A stretch of 64,000 nt of DNA from Bradymonadia bacterium (GCA_046290225.1 JBKAGE010000037.1:96001-160000); one strand, 5' to 3'; shown: positions 36,973 through 47,584, counted from the first letter of the stretch. The notes: a model not told the origin generated them from the sequence alone. Numbers and translations are program-made.

Positions 36973-38304
36973 ATGACACAGGAGTATGCGATGACATCCA
37001 TGACATTCGAAGACAGCGCCCATCTGCTCGGGCGGATCGCCTTCGGTGGTGACGGGGCCAGCCTCGAACACGCCCGCGCTCGAGGGCGCGCAGCCACCAT
37101 CGACACATTGCTCACGGCACCTACTGCCCTCACCCCGCACCCGCCTCTGGACTGGGTGCACGAGAAGCCACCCCTCAGGCGCAGGCGGCTGCTCGATGAC
37201 GCCGAGCGCAAGGCCTTCAGAAAGCTGCGCCGCCAACGTGGCCGCGCCCTGCAGAGCTGGTGGCTCGAGGCCATGGCCACCAGTGAGCACCCCGCCTTCG
37301 AGCGGATGCTCGTCTTCTGGCACGGCCACTTCACCAGCAGCCTGCGCAAGGTGAAGTGGCCCGGCTGGATCTGGCAACAGCATCTCACCATGCGACGACA
37401 CGCCCTGGGCAGCTTTCGAGATTTGTTGAGGGCCATGGTGCGTGATCCGGCCATGCTCATCTATCTCGACAACACCGCCAACCGACGTCGGGCGCCCAAC
37501 GAAAACCTCGCCAGAGAGCTCATGGAGCTGTTCACCCTCGGCGAGGGACACTACACCGAGGCCGACGTCAAAACCGCCGCCCGATGCCTCACCGGCTGGG
37601 GGGTCGACCGTACCGAGGGGTTCAGCATCAAGCAGCGGGCCCACGACGGGCGCACCAAGACACTCTTTGGCCGCACTGGACCGCTCGACGGCGATGATCT
37701 CGTCGACGTGCTCCTCGAGCACCCACGGACCGCTGTGCACATCGCCGAGCGCATGTGGATCCACTTCGCTGGTGCCCCTCATCGGCCCACCATCGAGAAA
37801 ATGGCGCAGGCCTTTCGGCGCAGCGACTACCAAATCACCGCCCCACTGAAGGTCATGCTCGGCGCTGACGCCTTTTACGCCCCGACGTTGCGCGGCGCAC
37901 ACATCAAGAGCCCCATCGATTTGATCGTGGGTACAGTACGCCTGCTCAACCTGAAGCCGGAGGACTGGTCACCTCTCGCCCGGGCCTGTGGCAGGCTCGG
38001 TCAGGGGCTCTTCAACCCACCCAACGTCAAGGGGTGGCCTGGGGGCACCCGGTGGATCACCACCGACACGCTCATGGCCCGTCACGCCCTGCTCGATCAC
38101 GCCCGCGACAGCTTGCCGGAGGACGCCAGCACCGCCTGGCGTCTGCTGGCGCAAAGGCTCGGAGTGCGCGGTGGGCCTCAGCGCACCTACCGACAACTCC
38201 ACCAGCTTTGCCTCCCGGTGCACGACGCCCCGGGCAAGGCCCCTTCTTCTCCATGGGCAGCCCTCGGTGAGGTGCTGCGCCATCCTGCCTATCAGCTTGT
38301 GTGA
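36973..38304 (+). CDS. DUF1800 family protein
   Basis: ERMLVFWHGHFTSS, DPAMLIYLDN, PNENLARELMELFTLG, PPNVKGWPGG, HPAYQL. The true start may be ATG 36991. Confidence 0.93.
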   Translation: MTQEYAMTSMTFEDSAHLLGRIAFGGDGASLEHARARGRAATIDTLLTAPTALTPHPPLDWVHEKPPLRRRRLLDDAERKAFRKLRRQRGRALQSWWLEAMATSEHPAFERMLVFWHGHFTSSLRKVKWPGWIWQQHLTMRRHALGSFRDLLRAMVRDPAMLIYLDNTANRRRAPNENLARELMELFTLGEGHYTEADVKTAARCLTGWGVDRTEGFSIKQRAHDGRTKTLFGRTGPLDGDDLVDVLLEHPRTAVHIAERMWIHFAGAPHRPTIEKMAQAFRRSDYQITAPLKVMLGADAFYAPTLRGAHIKSPIDLIVGTVRLLNLKPEDWSPLARACGRLGQGLFNPPNVKGWPGGTRWITTDTLMARHALLDHARDSLPEDASTAWRLLAQRLGVRGGPQRTYRQLHQLCLPVHDAPGKAPSSPWAALGEVLRHPAYQLV

Positions 38305-38312
38305 GGTGTGTG

Positions 38313-39548
38313 ATGAGACGACGTGAATTCCTGAAGTACACCGGTGGCTCTGCCATGGCCGCATCCGCCCTCGCCGCCCTCCCCCTCAGCGCCTGTGGTG
38401 GTGGCACCACACGCAGCGCCGCCGTCGCTGGACGCACCCTCGTCCTCGTGGAGCTCGCCGGCGGCAACGACGGGCTCAACACCATCGTGCCATATCGAGA
38501 TCCGCTGTATCACGCCCTGCGGCCCACACTCGCCCTCGGCGCAGGCGAATGCCTCGACATCGGCGACGACCTTGCGATGCATCAAAGCCTGAAGCCGCTG
38601 ATGCCCGCCTTCGATGCCCAGGAGATGGCCATCGTACAGGGGGTGGGATACCCCGAGCCCAACCGATCCCACTTTCGCTCCATCGAGATTTGGGACACGG
38701 CCACCGACAGCGACGACTACAGCGCCGAAGGGTGGATCGCCCGAGGCCTCAGCCCTGCCCGCGCCATTCCTCAGCGCCCAGTCAATCAACGGGCTGCAGA
38801 TGCCATCGTCCTGGGCGGTCGCGGTGGCTTCGTGCTCGGTGGTGGGCCGCTCCAGGGCGGACAACTGACCACGCTCACGCTGCAAGATCCCGAGCAGTTC
38901 ATCCGGCAAGTGCGGCAGCAGCGCCCGACGCGCTCGGCGCCAACCCAGGCCTCAGGGCACAACGCGCTGCAGCACGTACTCGAGGTCGAAGCGGCGATTC
39001 AGCGGGGTGCCGATCAGCTCGAGGCCCGCCTCGCCCAGGCCCCCAGCCTGCCAGTGAGTTTTCCCAAGAGCACCATCGGACAACAGCTCGCTCAGGTAGC
39101 CCGGCTCATCGTCGCCGATCTCGGGGTGCCGGTCTTCAAGATCAGCCACAAGGGCTTCGACACCCACGCCCGGCAAAAGAACGCGCACCGACGCCTGCTC
39201 TCCGAGCTCGCCGAAGGCATTGCGGCTTTCAAAGCGGCCCTCGAAGCCCGAGACCACTGGTCCGACACTGTGCTCATGACGTACAGCGAGTTCGGCCGAC
39301 GCCCCAAGGAGAACGGCAGCCGGGGCACGGACCACGGCACCGCAGCACCACATCTGCTCATCGGGGCCAAGGTACGGGGAGGCATCTACGGCGAGCGGCC
39401 GAATCTCAGACAGCTCGATGGCGGGGATCTGGTCCACACCGTGGACTTCCGCTCGATCTACGCCACGCTCGCCTCGTCGTGGTGGGGGTTGCCGCCGGCC
39501 CGGTTCGGCCTCGACGGGCATACAGCCCTGCCCTTGCTCACAGGCTGA
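38313..39548 (+). CDS. DUF1501 family Tat-exported protein
   Basis: Tat motif MRRREFLK, LAGGNDGLNT, PNRSHFRS, GFDTH, SEFGRR..ENGS.GTDHG, VDFRSIYA. Confidence 0.93.
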   Translation: MRRREFLKYTGGSAMAASALAALPLSACGGGTTRSAAVAGRTLVLVELAGGNDGLNTIVPYRDPLYHALRPTLALGAGECLDIGDDLAMHQSLKPLMPAFDAQEMAIVQGVGYPEPNRSHFRSIEIWDTATDSDDYSAEGWIARGLSPARAIPQRPVNQRAADAIVLGGRGGFVLGGGPLQGGQLTTLTLQDPEQFIRQVRQQRPTRSAPTQASGHNALQHVLEVEAAIQRGADQLEARLAQAPSLPVSFPKSTIGQQLAQVARLIVADLGVPVFKISHKGFDTHARQKNAHRRLLSELAEGIAAFKAALEARDHWSDTVLMTYSEFGRRPKENGSRGTDHGTAAPHLLIGAKVRGGIYGERPNLRQLDGGDLVHTVDFRSIYATLASSWWGLPPARFGLDGHTALPLLTG

Positions 39549-39561
39549 GAGCGAAGGTTGA

Positions 39562-41019
39562 TTACTGCCCCTGGCCCAGGGAGAAGCCTGCCTTGCCGTC
39601 GAAGGTGCACAGCGTTTCGATCTTGATCCAGTCGAGGCCCAGGGCGGAGATGCGCTGCAGCAGCTCGGCCATCTCCTTGTGGGTCACCGGCGCGCTGTCC
39701 TTGCGCTGGAAGCGGCAGCGCCAGTGGTCGGTGCAGAAGGTCTCCGGCTGACCACCGGGCCAGACCTTCACGCCGCGGTTGGTGATCATCACCAGCTCGA
39801 CGCCGTCGGCGTTGGCCTTGCTCAGGTGCGTGCCCAGATTCTCCGGGGGGCGATCCGCCTCGTCCCAATCGAGGAACACGTCTACACCAACCATCACCTT
39901 CTCGCGACGCGGGCGGGGCTTCAGGGGCACCACACACTGCGAGAGCGCGCCAGTCTCTGCCTTTGCAGGCTCGAGCTGCTGAGGCTTCTCGCCGAGGCGG
40001 GCGATGACAGCCTGGGCGAAGCCCGAGGTGCCCACCTTCTGCTTCGTCTGCTCAGAGACGATGTCGCCGGTGTGGATGCCGTCCTCGATGGTCTTGAGCC
40101 AGGCGTTGTGCACCTTCTCTGCAACATCGCTCAGGCCCAGATGCTGCAGCATCAGGATGGCGCCGTGGAGCAGGCCCGAGGGGTTGGCGATGTTCTGGCC
40201 GGCGATGTCGGGCGCCGAGCCGTGTACCGCCTCGAACATCGCCGCCTCGGCACCGATGTTCGCCGAGCCGCCGAGGCCCACAGAGCCCGACAGCTGCGCC
40301 GCGACGTCGGAGAGGATGTCACCGTAGAGGTTGGGCAACACCACCACGTCAAAGCGATCGGGGGTATCGGCGAGGCGGGCCGTGCCGATGTCGATGATCA
40401 TGCGGTCGGACTCGATGTCGGGGTACTCCTCGCGCACGGCGTTGAACACCTCGGTGAAGAGCCCATCGGTGATCTTCATGATGTTGTCTTTGACCATGGC
40501 CGTCACGCGCTTGCGGCCCTTCAAGCGGGCGTACTCGAAGGCGTAGCGGATGATGCGCTCGGCCCCGGGGCGGGAGACCAGTTTCAAGCACTGGGCCACC
40601 TCGTCGGTCTGGCTGTGCTCGATGCCTGCGTAGAGGCCCTCTTCGTTCTCCCGGATGATCACGAGATCCATCTCGGGATGCCGGGTGGACACGAAGGGGG
40701 CGTGGGTGCGACAGGGGCGCACGTTGGAGAACAGGCTGAGGGTCTTGCGCAGCGTGACGTTGAGCGACTTCACCCCGCCACCCTGAGGTGTGGTGATCGG
40801 CGCCTTGAGCAGGGCGTCGCAGCGTCGCAGGATCGGCCACGTCTCCGGGGCGATGCCGGCGCTGTGGCCCTGGCGGTAGACCTGCTCCCCGAGCTGGATC
40901 TCTTCATAGATCAGCGGCGCCTGAGCGGCCTTGAGGATGTTGATGACGGCCTCGGTGATCTCCGGGCCGATGCCGTCGCCCCAGGCGACAGCGACGCGAT
41001 GCGTATTTTGAGTGGACAT
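39562..41019 (-). CDS. icd: Isocitrate dehydrogenase (type with extra C-terminal domain)
   Basis: GDGIGPEI, KAPITTPQGGGVKSLNVTLRK, IRENEEGLY, NLYGDILSD, FEAVHGSAPDIAG, C-terminal MITNRGVKVWP...CTDHWRCRF...FSLGQGQ. AGGAG RBS before ATG 41019. Confidence 0.95.
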   Translation of the reverse strand: MSTQNTHRVAVAWGDGIGPEITEAVINILKAAQAPLIYEEIQLGEQVYRQGHSAGIAPETWPILRRCDALLKAPITTPQGGGVKSLNVTLRKTLSLFSNVRPCRTHAPFVSTRHPEMDLVIIRENEEGLYAGIEHSQTDEVAQCLKLVSRPGAERIIRYAFEYARLKGRKRVTAMVKDNIMKITDGLFTEVFNAVREEYPDIESDRMIIDIGTARLADTPDRFDVVVLPNLYGDILSDVAAQLSGSVGLGGSANIGAEAAMFEAVHGSAPDIAGQNIANPSGLLHGAILMLQHLGLSDVAEKVHNAWLKTIEDGIHTGDIVSEQTKQKVGTSGFAQAVIARLGEKPQQLEPAKAETGALSQCVVPLKPRPRREKVMVGVDVFLDWDEADRPPENLGTHLSKANADGVELVMITNRGVKVWPGGQPETFCTDHWRCRFQRKDSAPVTHKEMAELLQRISALGLDWIKIETLCTFDGKAGFSLGQGQ

Positions 41020-41131
41020 GAGATCTCCTGTGGTCACGTGCCAGATACACGATTCACAATTCGTGTTTCTGGTTGCGCAAGAAGCGACCTTTCGTCGCAT
41101 GATCGAGGGCGCTTCTACTACACTGCCGCTC

Positions 41132-42619
41132 ATGCGTGCTCAACCCATTGTGATCCTGATCACCACAGCCCTCCTCGGCGGCTGCCTCGAAGTGGTGCCC
41201 GACGACCGCTCAGACGCCGCTGCCACAGATGCGGCCTCTGGCCCTGACATGTCGCTCGAAGCGGGCCCTTCTGAGATGGGGCCTTCGGACATGGGCCCTG
41301 ACGCCGACATGGAGCCAGAGCTCACCCCCTCCGTGTGCCCGGAAGGCTGGGGCTGGCCACTGCCCGAGACGGCACCGCCTGCCGGCAGGCCCTCGATGAC
41401 CGATCCGATGTGGTCTCCCACGGTGATCGACCTCAACTGTGATGGCTATGACGACGTGGTGCTGCCCATCCCTACAGCAGGGGCCGTGGACATCTGGTAC
41501 GGCAGCGCCGAAGGCCTCGGCGCCCGCGGCGGTACACTCGATCTGGGCCTCGACCCCACCGAGCGCCCGTACGCCGTGCACGTGGCGGATCATGATCCCG
41601 CCACCCCGGGCTATGAGCTGCTGGTACAGGTGCTCGACGATGTCGAGACGCGGCGTTGGGCCCTGGTGGGTGCTCGGCACACCGGCGAAGGACGCCATGG
41701 GCGGGTGGGCCGCCATGATCTCGACGTGTTCGTGGACGATCTGCCCTTCCAGGATTTTCACCTGACCACAGGAGACGTGGACGGCGTGCCTCCTCTCGAC
41801 GTGGTGGTGGGCAGAGACGAGGCTGTCTTCTCCGTGGGCAACCTGGACTGGTCTGCTGGCGAAGCAGGGTTCGCCCTGGCCACACAAGCGCCTGTGCAGC
41901 TGTTCACTGATGACTCTGGCGTACGGCCGATCTTCTCTGCCTTCCTCACACCATACGCGGCCCCTGCGCTCCAGATGGTCGTCGTCAGCGACTCGACGCT
42001 CATCGAGTACCACTACAACGAGGACGAGCGCGCCCTCCTCCACAGCGGCCTCTTCGGGCTCGACAGCGAGCAGCGCACGGTGTCAACGGGCGGATTCGCC
42101 GACATCGATGGTGATGGACAGCCCGAGGTACTCTCTGTGGGCAGCCGCGCCGAAGGTGATCTTTGGATTGCACAACGCACGACGACGGAGGACCCTCCCC
42201 GAGACTGGCAGGGGTACCTGATGCCCACCCTCGATCTCGCCAACGGCTTCAACGACGGTCGCCTCGACGGCCTCACCGTGGGCAACCTGTACGGTGACGA
42301 CACCCCCGATCTCATCATCCTGGATCGACCAAGCCAGCAAGATCCTGAGCAACTCGACCCTGGCGGTACTGTGTGGCTGTACGTGGCGAGAGACCCACAG
42401 CTGGTGGCCCCTACGCTCGGGGAAGACACTGGCGTGGTGACCCCGTTGGAGACCACCCGCTACACCCTCACGGCAGACGTGCCCTTCATTTGGAGCATAC
42501 TCGGGCGGTTCGGCTCGGGGCGGCAGGTGTGGGTGATCGCACCAGACGGCAGGCGAGTGTGCTTTGCGCCCGAAGAAGGCGCCGAGCGGGGGCGCCTAGT
42601 GGCATGCGGCAGTGATTGA
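41132..42619 (+). CDS. FG-GAP/VCBS-like repeat lipoprotein with PD(A/M) linker
   Basis: Lipobox LGGC and Ca-binding-type loops DLNCDGYDDVV, GDVDGVPPLDVV, ADIDGDGQPEV, GNLYGDDTPDL. Confidence 0.82.
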   Translation: MRAQPIVILITTALLGGCLEVVPDDRSDAAATDAASGPDMSLEAGPSEMGPSDMGPDADMEPELTPSVCPEGWGWPLPETAPPAGRPSMTDPMWSPTVIDLNCDGYDDVVLPIPTAGAVDIWYGSAEGLGARGGTLDLGLDPTERPYAVHVADHDPATPGYELLVQVLDDVETRRWALVGARHTGEGRHGRVGRHDLDVFVDDLPFQDFHLTTGDVDGVPPLDVVVGRDEAVFSVGNLDWSAGEAGFALATQAPVQLFTDDSGVRPIFSAFLTPYAAPALQMVVVSDSTLIEYHYNEDERALLHSGLFGLDSEQRTVSTGGFADIDGDGQPEVLSVGSRAEGDLWIAQRTTTEDPPRDWQGYLMPTLDLANGFNDGRLDGLTVGNLYGDDTPDLIILDRPSQQDPEQLDPGGTVWLYVARDPQLVAPTLGEDTGVVTPLETTRYTLTADVPFIWSILGRFGSGRQVWVIAPDGRRVCFAPEEGAERGRLVACGSD

Positions 42620-42642
42620 GACAGGACGATTGAGCTTGGAGC

Positions 42643-45288
42643 TCAACCCCGGCTCGGGCCCGCCTTGCGCAGGGCCTCGACGAGCATGTCGTGGGTCAGG
42701 ATCTCGGGCAACACGATGGTGTCGTCGGGCTTGGCCCCGGGGATGACCACGTACAGGGGCACGCCGACACGGTTGAAGCGCCGCAGCCACTCCGCGATGA
42801 CCGGATCTTCGTTGGTGTAGTCGGCCTTCATGGTGACCACGTCGAGCTCGCCGAGCAGTGCCTTGATCTCGTCGGTCTCGATGACCGTGTTCTCGTTCAC
42901 CTTGCAGGTGACGCACCACGCCGCGGTGAAGTCGATGAAGACGGTCTTGCCCGCCTTCTGATGGGCGGCCACAGCGTCAGGGCTGAAGGCCTGCCAGGCG
43001 ATGCTGCCTTCTTCTGCAGGGGCCAGCTGCGCTGACGCGGGGTTCAGCACCAGAGCCACCTTGCCACCGCCCACGATCATGAACAGGGCCGCGAGGGTTG
43101 CGATCCAGCGACGCCGCGCCGATGAGGCGAAGTTGCCGAACCGGCCATAGACCCAGCTGGCCACGGCGACGATGCCCAGGAACACCAGCACCCGGATCAA
43201 CGAGGCCCGGGTGAGCTGCTGCGACATGACGTCGACGAGCCAGATGACCGTACCCATGAGCAAGAAGCCCATGACCTGCTTGAAGGTCTCCATCCAGGGG
43301 CCCGGCTTGGGGATCTTGCGGGTCCAGGCGGGGAACCGGGCGAGCACCACGAAGGGGAAGGCGAGGCCGAGGCCCACAGTGGTGAAGAACAGCACGATGA
43401 TGCCCGAAGGCTGGGTGAAGGCGTAGCCCAGGGCGGGGCCGAGGAAGGGTGCCGTGCACGGCGTGGCGAGCAGCGTGGCGAAGGCGCCGTTGGAGAACGA
43501 GCCCGAGAGCCCGCTCTTCCCACTGGCGCCGGCGGCCACCTGCATGCCGGGCAGGCTCACTTCGAAGACCCCGAACATGCTCAGGCCAAAGCCGAAGACC
43601 AGGGCGGTGAGGGAGACCACGAACCACGGGTTCTGGAACTGGAAGCCCCACCCCACGAGCTCACCCGACGTCTTCAAGCCGATGACCACCCCGGCGAGCA
43701 CCCAGAACGAGACGAGCACCCCGAGGGCGTAAACCAGACCGTGCTGCAGCACCCGGGTCTTCGACTCCCCAGCCTGATGTACGAGGCCCAGAACCTTGAT
43801 CGACAACACAGGCAGCACGCAGGGCATGATGTTGAGCAGCATGCCGCCGATGAAGGCGTAGAGCAGCATCTCCCAGAGAGGGGTGCCCGCAGGCGCCGAG
43901 TTCTCGGCCTTGGGCAAATCGGCTGCCGGGATCGGCGCCGGGCCGGGGCCCGTGTTCGCTGCGATCTCGGCGTCGTGGGAGACGGGGGCAGCCACCCGCA
44001 GGGCCACCTCGTCGTCGCCGGCCTTCACGCGGATGACGCCGCCGATGTCCGTGGCCCCAGAGTCAGGAGCCAGCTCGCCGGCCTGCACGGTGAAGTCCAC
44101 GCGGATTTTCTTGCCCTGCACATCCCAGGCGACGTCGCTGAAAGTGAAGTGCTTGCCGCTGTCGGGTACGAAGGGCACCACATGATCGCCGCTGGCGAGC
44201 GACAGAGGCGCGTCGGGCCCGCTGTAAGTGAGGGTGATGTGTCCCCGGGCGATCTTCTCGGGCTTGAGGGGGGTGCCCTCATAGGTGATCTCCGCCGCCC
44301 AGTGAGGGTGCTCGGTGACCACCTGCAGCGCCTTGGGGCTGGCGAGGGTTGCCGCGGCCTTCGAAGGCGCTGCTGCGGCAGCGATGTTGAGGGTGCGACT
44401 CAGCGTGGCGCGGCCGGGGATGCACTTCTCGCGGCAAACCAGCCACTCAACCTTGGCTTCTACGGGCACAGTGCTGCCCACCTTCACGGCCTCGGGCAGG
44501 TTGATGGTGCTGGTGAGCAGCTGCTCTTCGGCATAGCCGTAGGTGGTGAGAGCGCCATCCTGCTCGCTGAACTTCAACGGCGCAGGCCACTGCAGAGCCC
44601 CCGAAGTGGCGCCCTCGGGCAGCACCCAGTTCACCTGGGTCGCGCGGCCAGCGTCACCGGGGTACCGCCAGTACACATGCCAGCCATCTTCCACCTGCAA
44701 GTGCACACCGGCCTTGATCGTCTGCCCTGGCGTCGCGGCATCGACGTCGGTGATCAGCCGCGCCACCACAGCTGGCTTCTCTTCAACTGCGGTCTCGGGC
44801 ACGTCGTCAAAGGCAGCGCCGGCCCCCTCGCCTGCCTCATGGCCCGCCACAGCCCCCTCGACGGCAGGCAGTTCGAAATGCGCCCGGGCCTTGTCGAGTC
44901 GAGCGGAGAATGCTGCAGCGTCTTCGAAAGCCTTCAAGGTGAGGGCAGTGACTGCTTCACCTTTGGTGTCGAGGAACAGCACCCGGGGCAGGTTGTCGAC
45001 GTTGTAGCGCTTCCACAGATCCGCGTTCGCCGGGGCATCCATGTCGAGCTTCACGGTGACGAAGCCCTTCAGCCGAGCCTTGACGCCGTCATCGACGAGG
45101 GTGGTCTTGGCGAACTTGAGGCAGGGGCCACACCAGCTGGCCCACATGTCCACCACCATGGGCTGCTGGCTTTGCTGGGCTTTCTCGAGGGCAGGCGCGA
45201 ACTCGGTCTGCCATCCGTCATCGGCGAGAGCCGTTGCGGGCAGGCAGGTGGCGAGCAACAAAAGGGTGAGCAAGCGTCTCAGGGGCAT
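42643..45288 (-). CDS. dsbD: DsbD-family thiol:disulfide interchange protein with additional N-terminal thioredoxin domain
   Basis: WCGPC thioredoxin, GWHVYWRYPGDAG...CREKC domain, TM domain with MPCVLP and TPCTAPF, C-terminal WCVTC thioredoxin. GGAG RBS before ATG 45288. Confidence 0.9.
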   Translation of the reverse strand: MPLRRLLTLLLLATCLPATALADDGWQTEFAPALEKAQQSQQPMVVDMWASWCGPCLKFAKTTLVDDGVKARLKGFVTVKLDMDAPANADLWKRYNVDNLPRVLFLDTKGEAVTALTLKAFEDAAAFSARLDKARAHFELPAVEGAVAGHEAGEGAGAAFDDVPETAVEEKPAVVARLITDVDAATPGQTIKAGVHLQVEDGWHVYWRYPGDAGRATQVNWVLPEGATSGALQWPAPLKFSEQDGALTTYGYAEEQLLTSTINLPEAVKVGSTVPVEAKVEWLVCREKCIPGRATLSRTLNIAAAAAPSKAAATLASPKALQVVTEHPHWAAEITYEGTPLKPEKIARGHITLTYSGPDAPLSLASGDHVVPFVPDSGKHFTFSDVAWDVQGKKIRVDFTVQAGELAPDSGATDIGGVIRVKAGDDEVALRVAAPVSHDAEIAANTGPGPAPIPAADLPKAENSAPAGTPLWEMLLYAFIGGMLLNIMPCVLPVLSIKVLGLVHQAGESKTRVLQHGLVYALGVLVSFWVLAGVVIGLKTSGELVGWGFQFQNPWFVVSLTALVFGFGLSMFGVFEVSLPGMQVAAGASGKSGLSGSFSNGAFATLLATPCTAPFLGPALGYAFTQPSGIIVLFFTTVGLGLAFPFVVLARFPAWTRKIPKPGPWMETFKQVMGFLLMGTVIWLVDVMSQQLTRASLIRVLVFLGIVAVASWVYGRFGNFASSARRRWIATLAALFMIVGGGKVALVLNPASAQLAPAEEGSIAWQAFSPDAVAAHQKAGKTVFIDFTAAWCVTCKVNENTVIETDEIKALLGELDVVTMKADYTNEDPVIAEWLRRFNRVGVPLYVVIPGAKPDDTIVLPEILTHDMLVEALRKAGPSRG

Positions 45289-45408
45289 CGGGTGCTCCAA
45301 CATCACGACAACACCAGCATAGAACGGAGATGATCGCTGATTGCTACCGTAGATGTCGAGACGATGTTGCGAGATGCAGGGGGGATTTATCTGTGGAGGG
45401 GCCTCTGC

Positions 45409-45969
45409 TCAGTCGTAGTCGCGCTTGAGATGCTGGCCCTTGAAGGGGCCGCCCTCAGGATCGAACTCGAAGGTGGGCAGGCCGTAGAAAGTCCACATGC
45501 GCTCGCCTTCCTCCACGGAGAAATCCACCGTGGGGCGGCCACGCTCGGCCTCGACAGGCAGGCCTTCCATGACGACCTCGTCGTCTTCGAGCACCAGCAG
45601 GCGGCGCTGCTCTCCCTCGAGGTAGGCAGAGAAGTGCGCAAACTCGAAATCTGCGTCGATGGCGCAGCAGTACACCCCGGTGCCGAGGATCTCGCTCATC
45701 TTCGCGATGGCATCGGTGTTCTGGTGAAGGAGCAATCCCAGATCGCCCATGACCGTGAACTCACCGACCGTCCAGAAGTACCAGGCATCTGAGCCTTCTT
45801 CACCGCCGATCTCCTCTGTGAGGGGGCGGCAGTAATCCAGGACGGCGTCGAAGTCAGCACAGTCGTGCATCTTGTCCTCGGCGGCCTCCACGGCGTCGAT
45901 GGCCTTCAAAGCAGCATCGCGCAGGGCTTCGATGGTGGCCTTCGCCGCGATGCAGCAGCGAGCTTTCAT
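45409..45969 (-). CDS. Acidic hypothetical protein
   Basis: AAGGAG RBS before MKARCC and strong coding codon bias. No recognised family. Confidence 0.75.
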   Translation of the reverse strand: MKARCCIAAKATIEALRDAALKAIDAVEAAEDKMHDCADFDAVLDYCRPLTEEIGGEEGSDAWYFWTVGEFTVMGDLGLLLHQNTDAIAKMSEILGTGVYCCAIDADFEFAHFSAYLEGEQRRLLVLEDDEVVMEGLPVEAERGRPTVDFSVEEGERMWTFYGLPTFEFDPEGGPFKGQHLKRDYD

Positions 45970-46003
45970 GGGATCTCTCTCCTTCGTGATGGGTACAGGT
46001 TGC

Positions 46004-47560
46004 TCACCTATTGTCGGCAGTTCTGCCCTTGGCCGCAAGGCGTGTTGCCGCGCGGTGGACAAGACCATAGATGGTCAGCTGCGGATCCACCCCCACAGCG
46101 GTGGGGCAAACAGAGCCATCCATGACATAGAGGTTCTTCATGTGATGGTGCCTGAGATCGGCGTTCACCACGCTCGCGCCGGGGTTTCGACCCATGGCGC
46201 ACCCGCCCACCTGAGCGGTGGAGAACAGGCGCAGCCGGTTGGGTCCGTAGTCGGCAGCTTCCAGTGTGGGAATCGCCGCCTCACCGGTGAGTCGCACCGG
46301 CTCTTCGTGGCTGCTGTAGACCGTGTGGGCCCCTGAAGCGAGGGCGATGCGGGCGATGGTGCTCACCGCCCGGCGCACGGAATCCCACAAGAGCGAGGTG
46401 TAGTCGTACGACAGGCTCGGGCTGCCGTCGGGCCTCAAGCTCACCGTGCCCCCGTCCTCGTCCTCATGCAGCCCGTCGATGAGGGTGGCCACCACGGTGC
46501 TGGTGTGCTTGATGCGCTGCATGGCTTCACGATGAAATGTGCCCATGCTCGGCAGCAGGGTGGCGTAGAGGGTCGGGTGCAGCGGCGCCGCCTGGATGTA
46601 GTAGTTCAAGCGGTCGATGTTCTCGTCGAAGAACTGCAGGCAGTCCACCGACTGGGGCACCCCGAAATACGGCTCGATGGGCGCGTCATGCCACCCCGTC
46701 ACCATCACCTTGGGCTGCACGAAGGTGCGCTTGCCCACCATGCCGCTCTGGTTTCCGATCTCGCTCCTGAGCAACAGGGCCGGCGTGTTCAGGGCACCGC
46801 CAGAGAGGATGCAAATCTCGGCATCTACGGAGATGCGCCCCCCGGTGGGCCCATCGCCCTGCTCGGGATGATGGAAGTACCCCTCGACGCGCTTCACCTG
46901 ATTGCCATTGGCCACCAGCCGCCACACTCGACAGTCAGTGAAGACACTGGCCCCAGCGCCGATGGCGTCGGGGAGGCCGGTGATGGCCATGGACTGCTTG
47001 GCGTCGATGGGGCAGCCCATACCGCAATAGCCCGTGTTCTTGCACCCGCGCACCGCCCGCCTCACCAGCTTCCAGCTGAACCCCAGCTGCTCACAGCCAT
47101 TGGCCAGCATCTGGTTGTTGGGGTTGATCTCGTCGAGGGTGGACTCCCGCACCGCGAGGCGGGCCTCCATGGCGTCCCAGTGCGGGTTCAGGGCCTTACC
47201 GGCGAAGTCGATGAGGCCGTGAAACTCTTTCCAGTACTCCCGGATGTGGTGGGGGGTTCGATACGCGGTGGTCCAGTTGGACACGGTGCCCCCGCCGAAG
47301 GCCCGCCCCTGCATCAACAGGATGGCCTGGTCGTCCGTGGTCCGGCGCATGCCCTCCTGGTAGAGGAGCGGATAGACCTCGCCCTCTTCCATGGTGAAGC
47401 GCTTGCGGGTGACGTGGCCCCCAGCCTCGAGCACGATGACCGAATACCCCGCCTGGGCGAGGATCATGGCGGCGGTCCCGCCCCCTGCCCCAGATCCCAC
47501 GATGCACACGTCGCACTGGAGCTGGAGGTGCTCGGTGATGTTTCGACCCTGCTGAATCAT
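46004..47560 (-). CDS. GMC-family oxidoreductase
   Basis: CIVGSGAGGG FAD motif, GRAFGGGT, CKNTGYCGMGCP, GALNTPALLLRS, NLYVMDGSVCPT..GVDPQLTI. Confidence 0.92.
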   Translation of the reverse strand: MIQQGRNITEHLQLQCDVCIVGSGAGGGTAAMILAQAGYSVIVLEAGGHVTRKRFTMEEGEVYPLLYQEGMRRTTDDQAILLMQGRAFGGGTVSNWTTAYRTPHHIREYWKEFHGLIDFAGKALNPHWDAMEARLAVRESTLDEINPNNQMLANGCEQLGFSWKLVRRAVRGCKNTGYCGMGCPIDAKQSMAITGLPDAIGAGASVFTDCRVWRLVANGNQVKRVEGYFHHPEQGDGPTGGRISVDAEICILSGGALNTPALLLRSEIGNQSGMVGKRTFVQPKVMVTGWHDAPIEPYFGVPQSVDCLQFFDENIDRLNYYIQAAPLHPTLYATLLPSMGTFHREAMQRIKHTSTVVATLIDGLHEDEDGGTVSLRPDGSPSLSYDYTSLLWDSVRRAVSTIARIALASGAHTVYSSHEEPVRLTGEAAIPTLEAADYGPNRLRLFSTAQVGGCAMGRNPGASVVNADLRHHHMKNLYVMDGSVCPTAVGVDPQLTIYGLVHRAATRLAAKGRTADNR

Positions 47561-47584
47561 GTCTCTATCGTCATGGCGCGGTGA

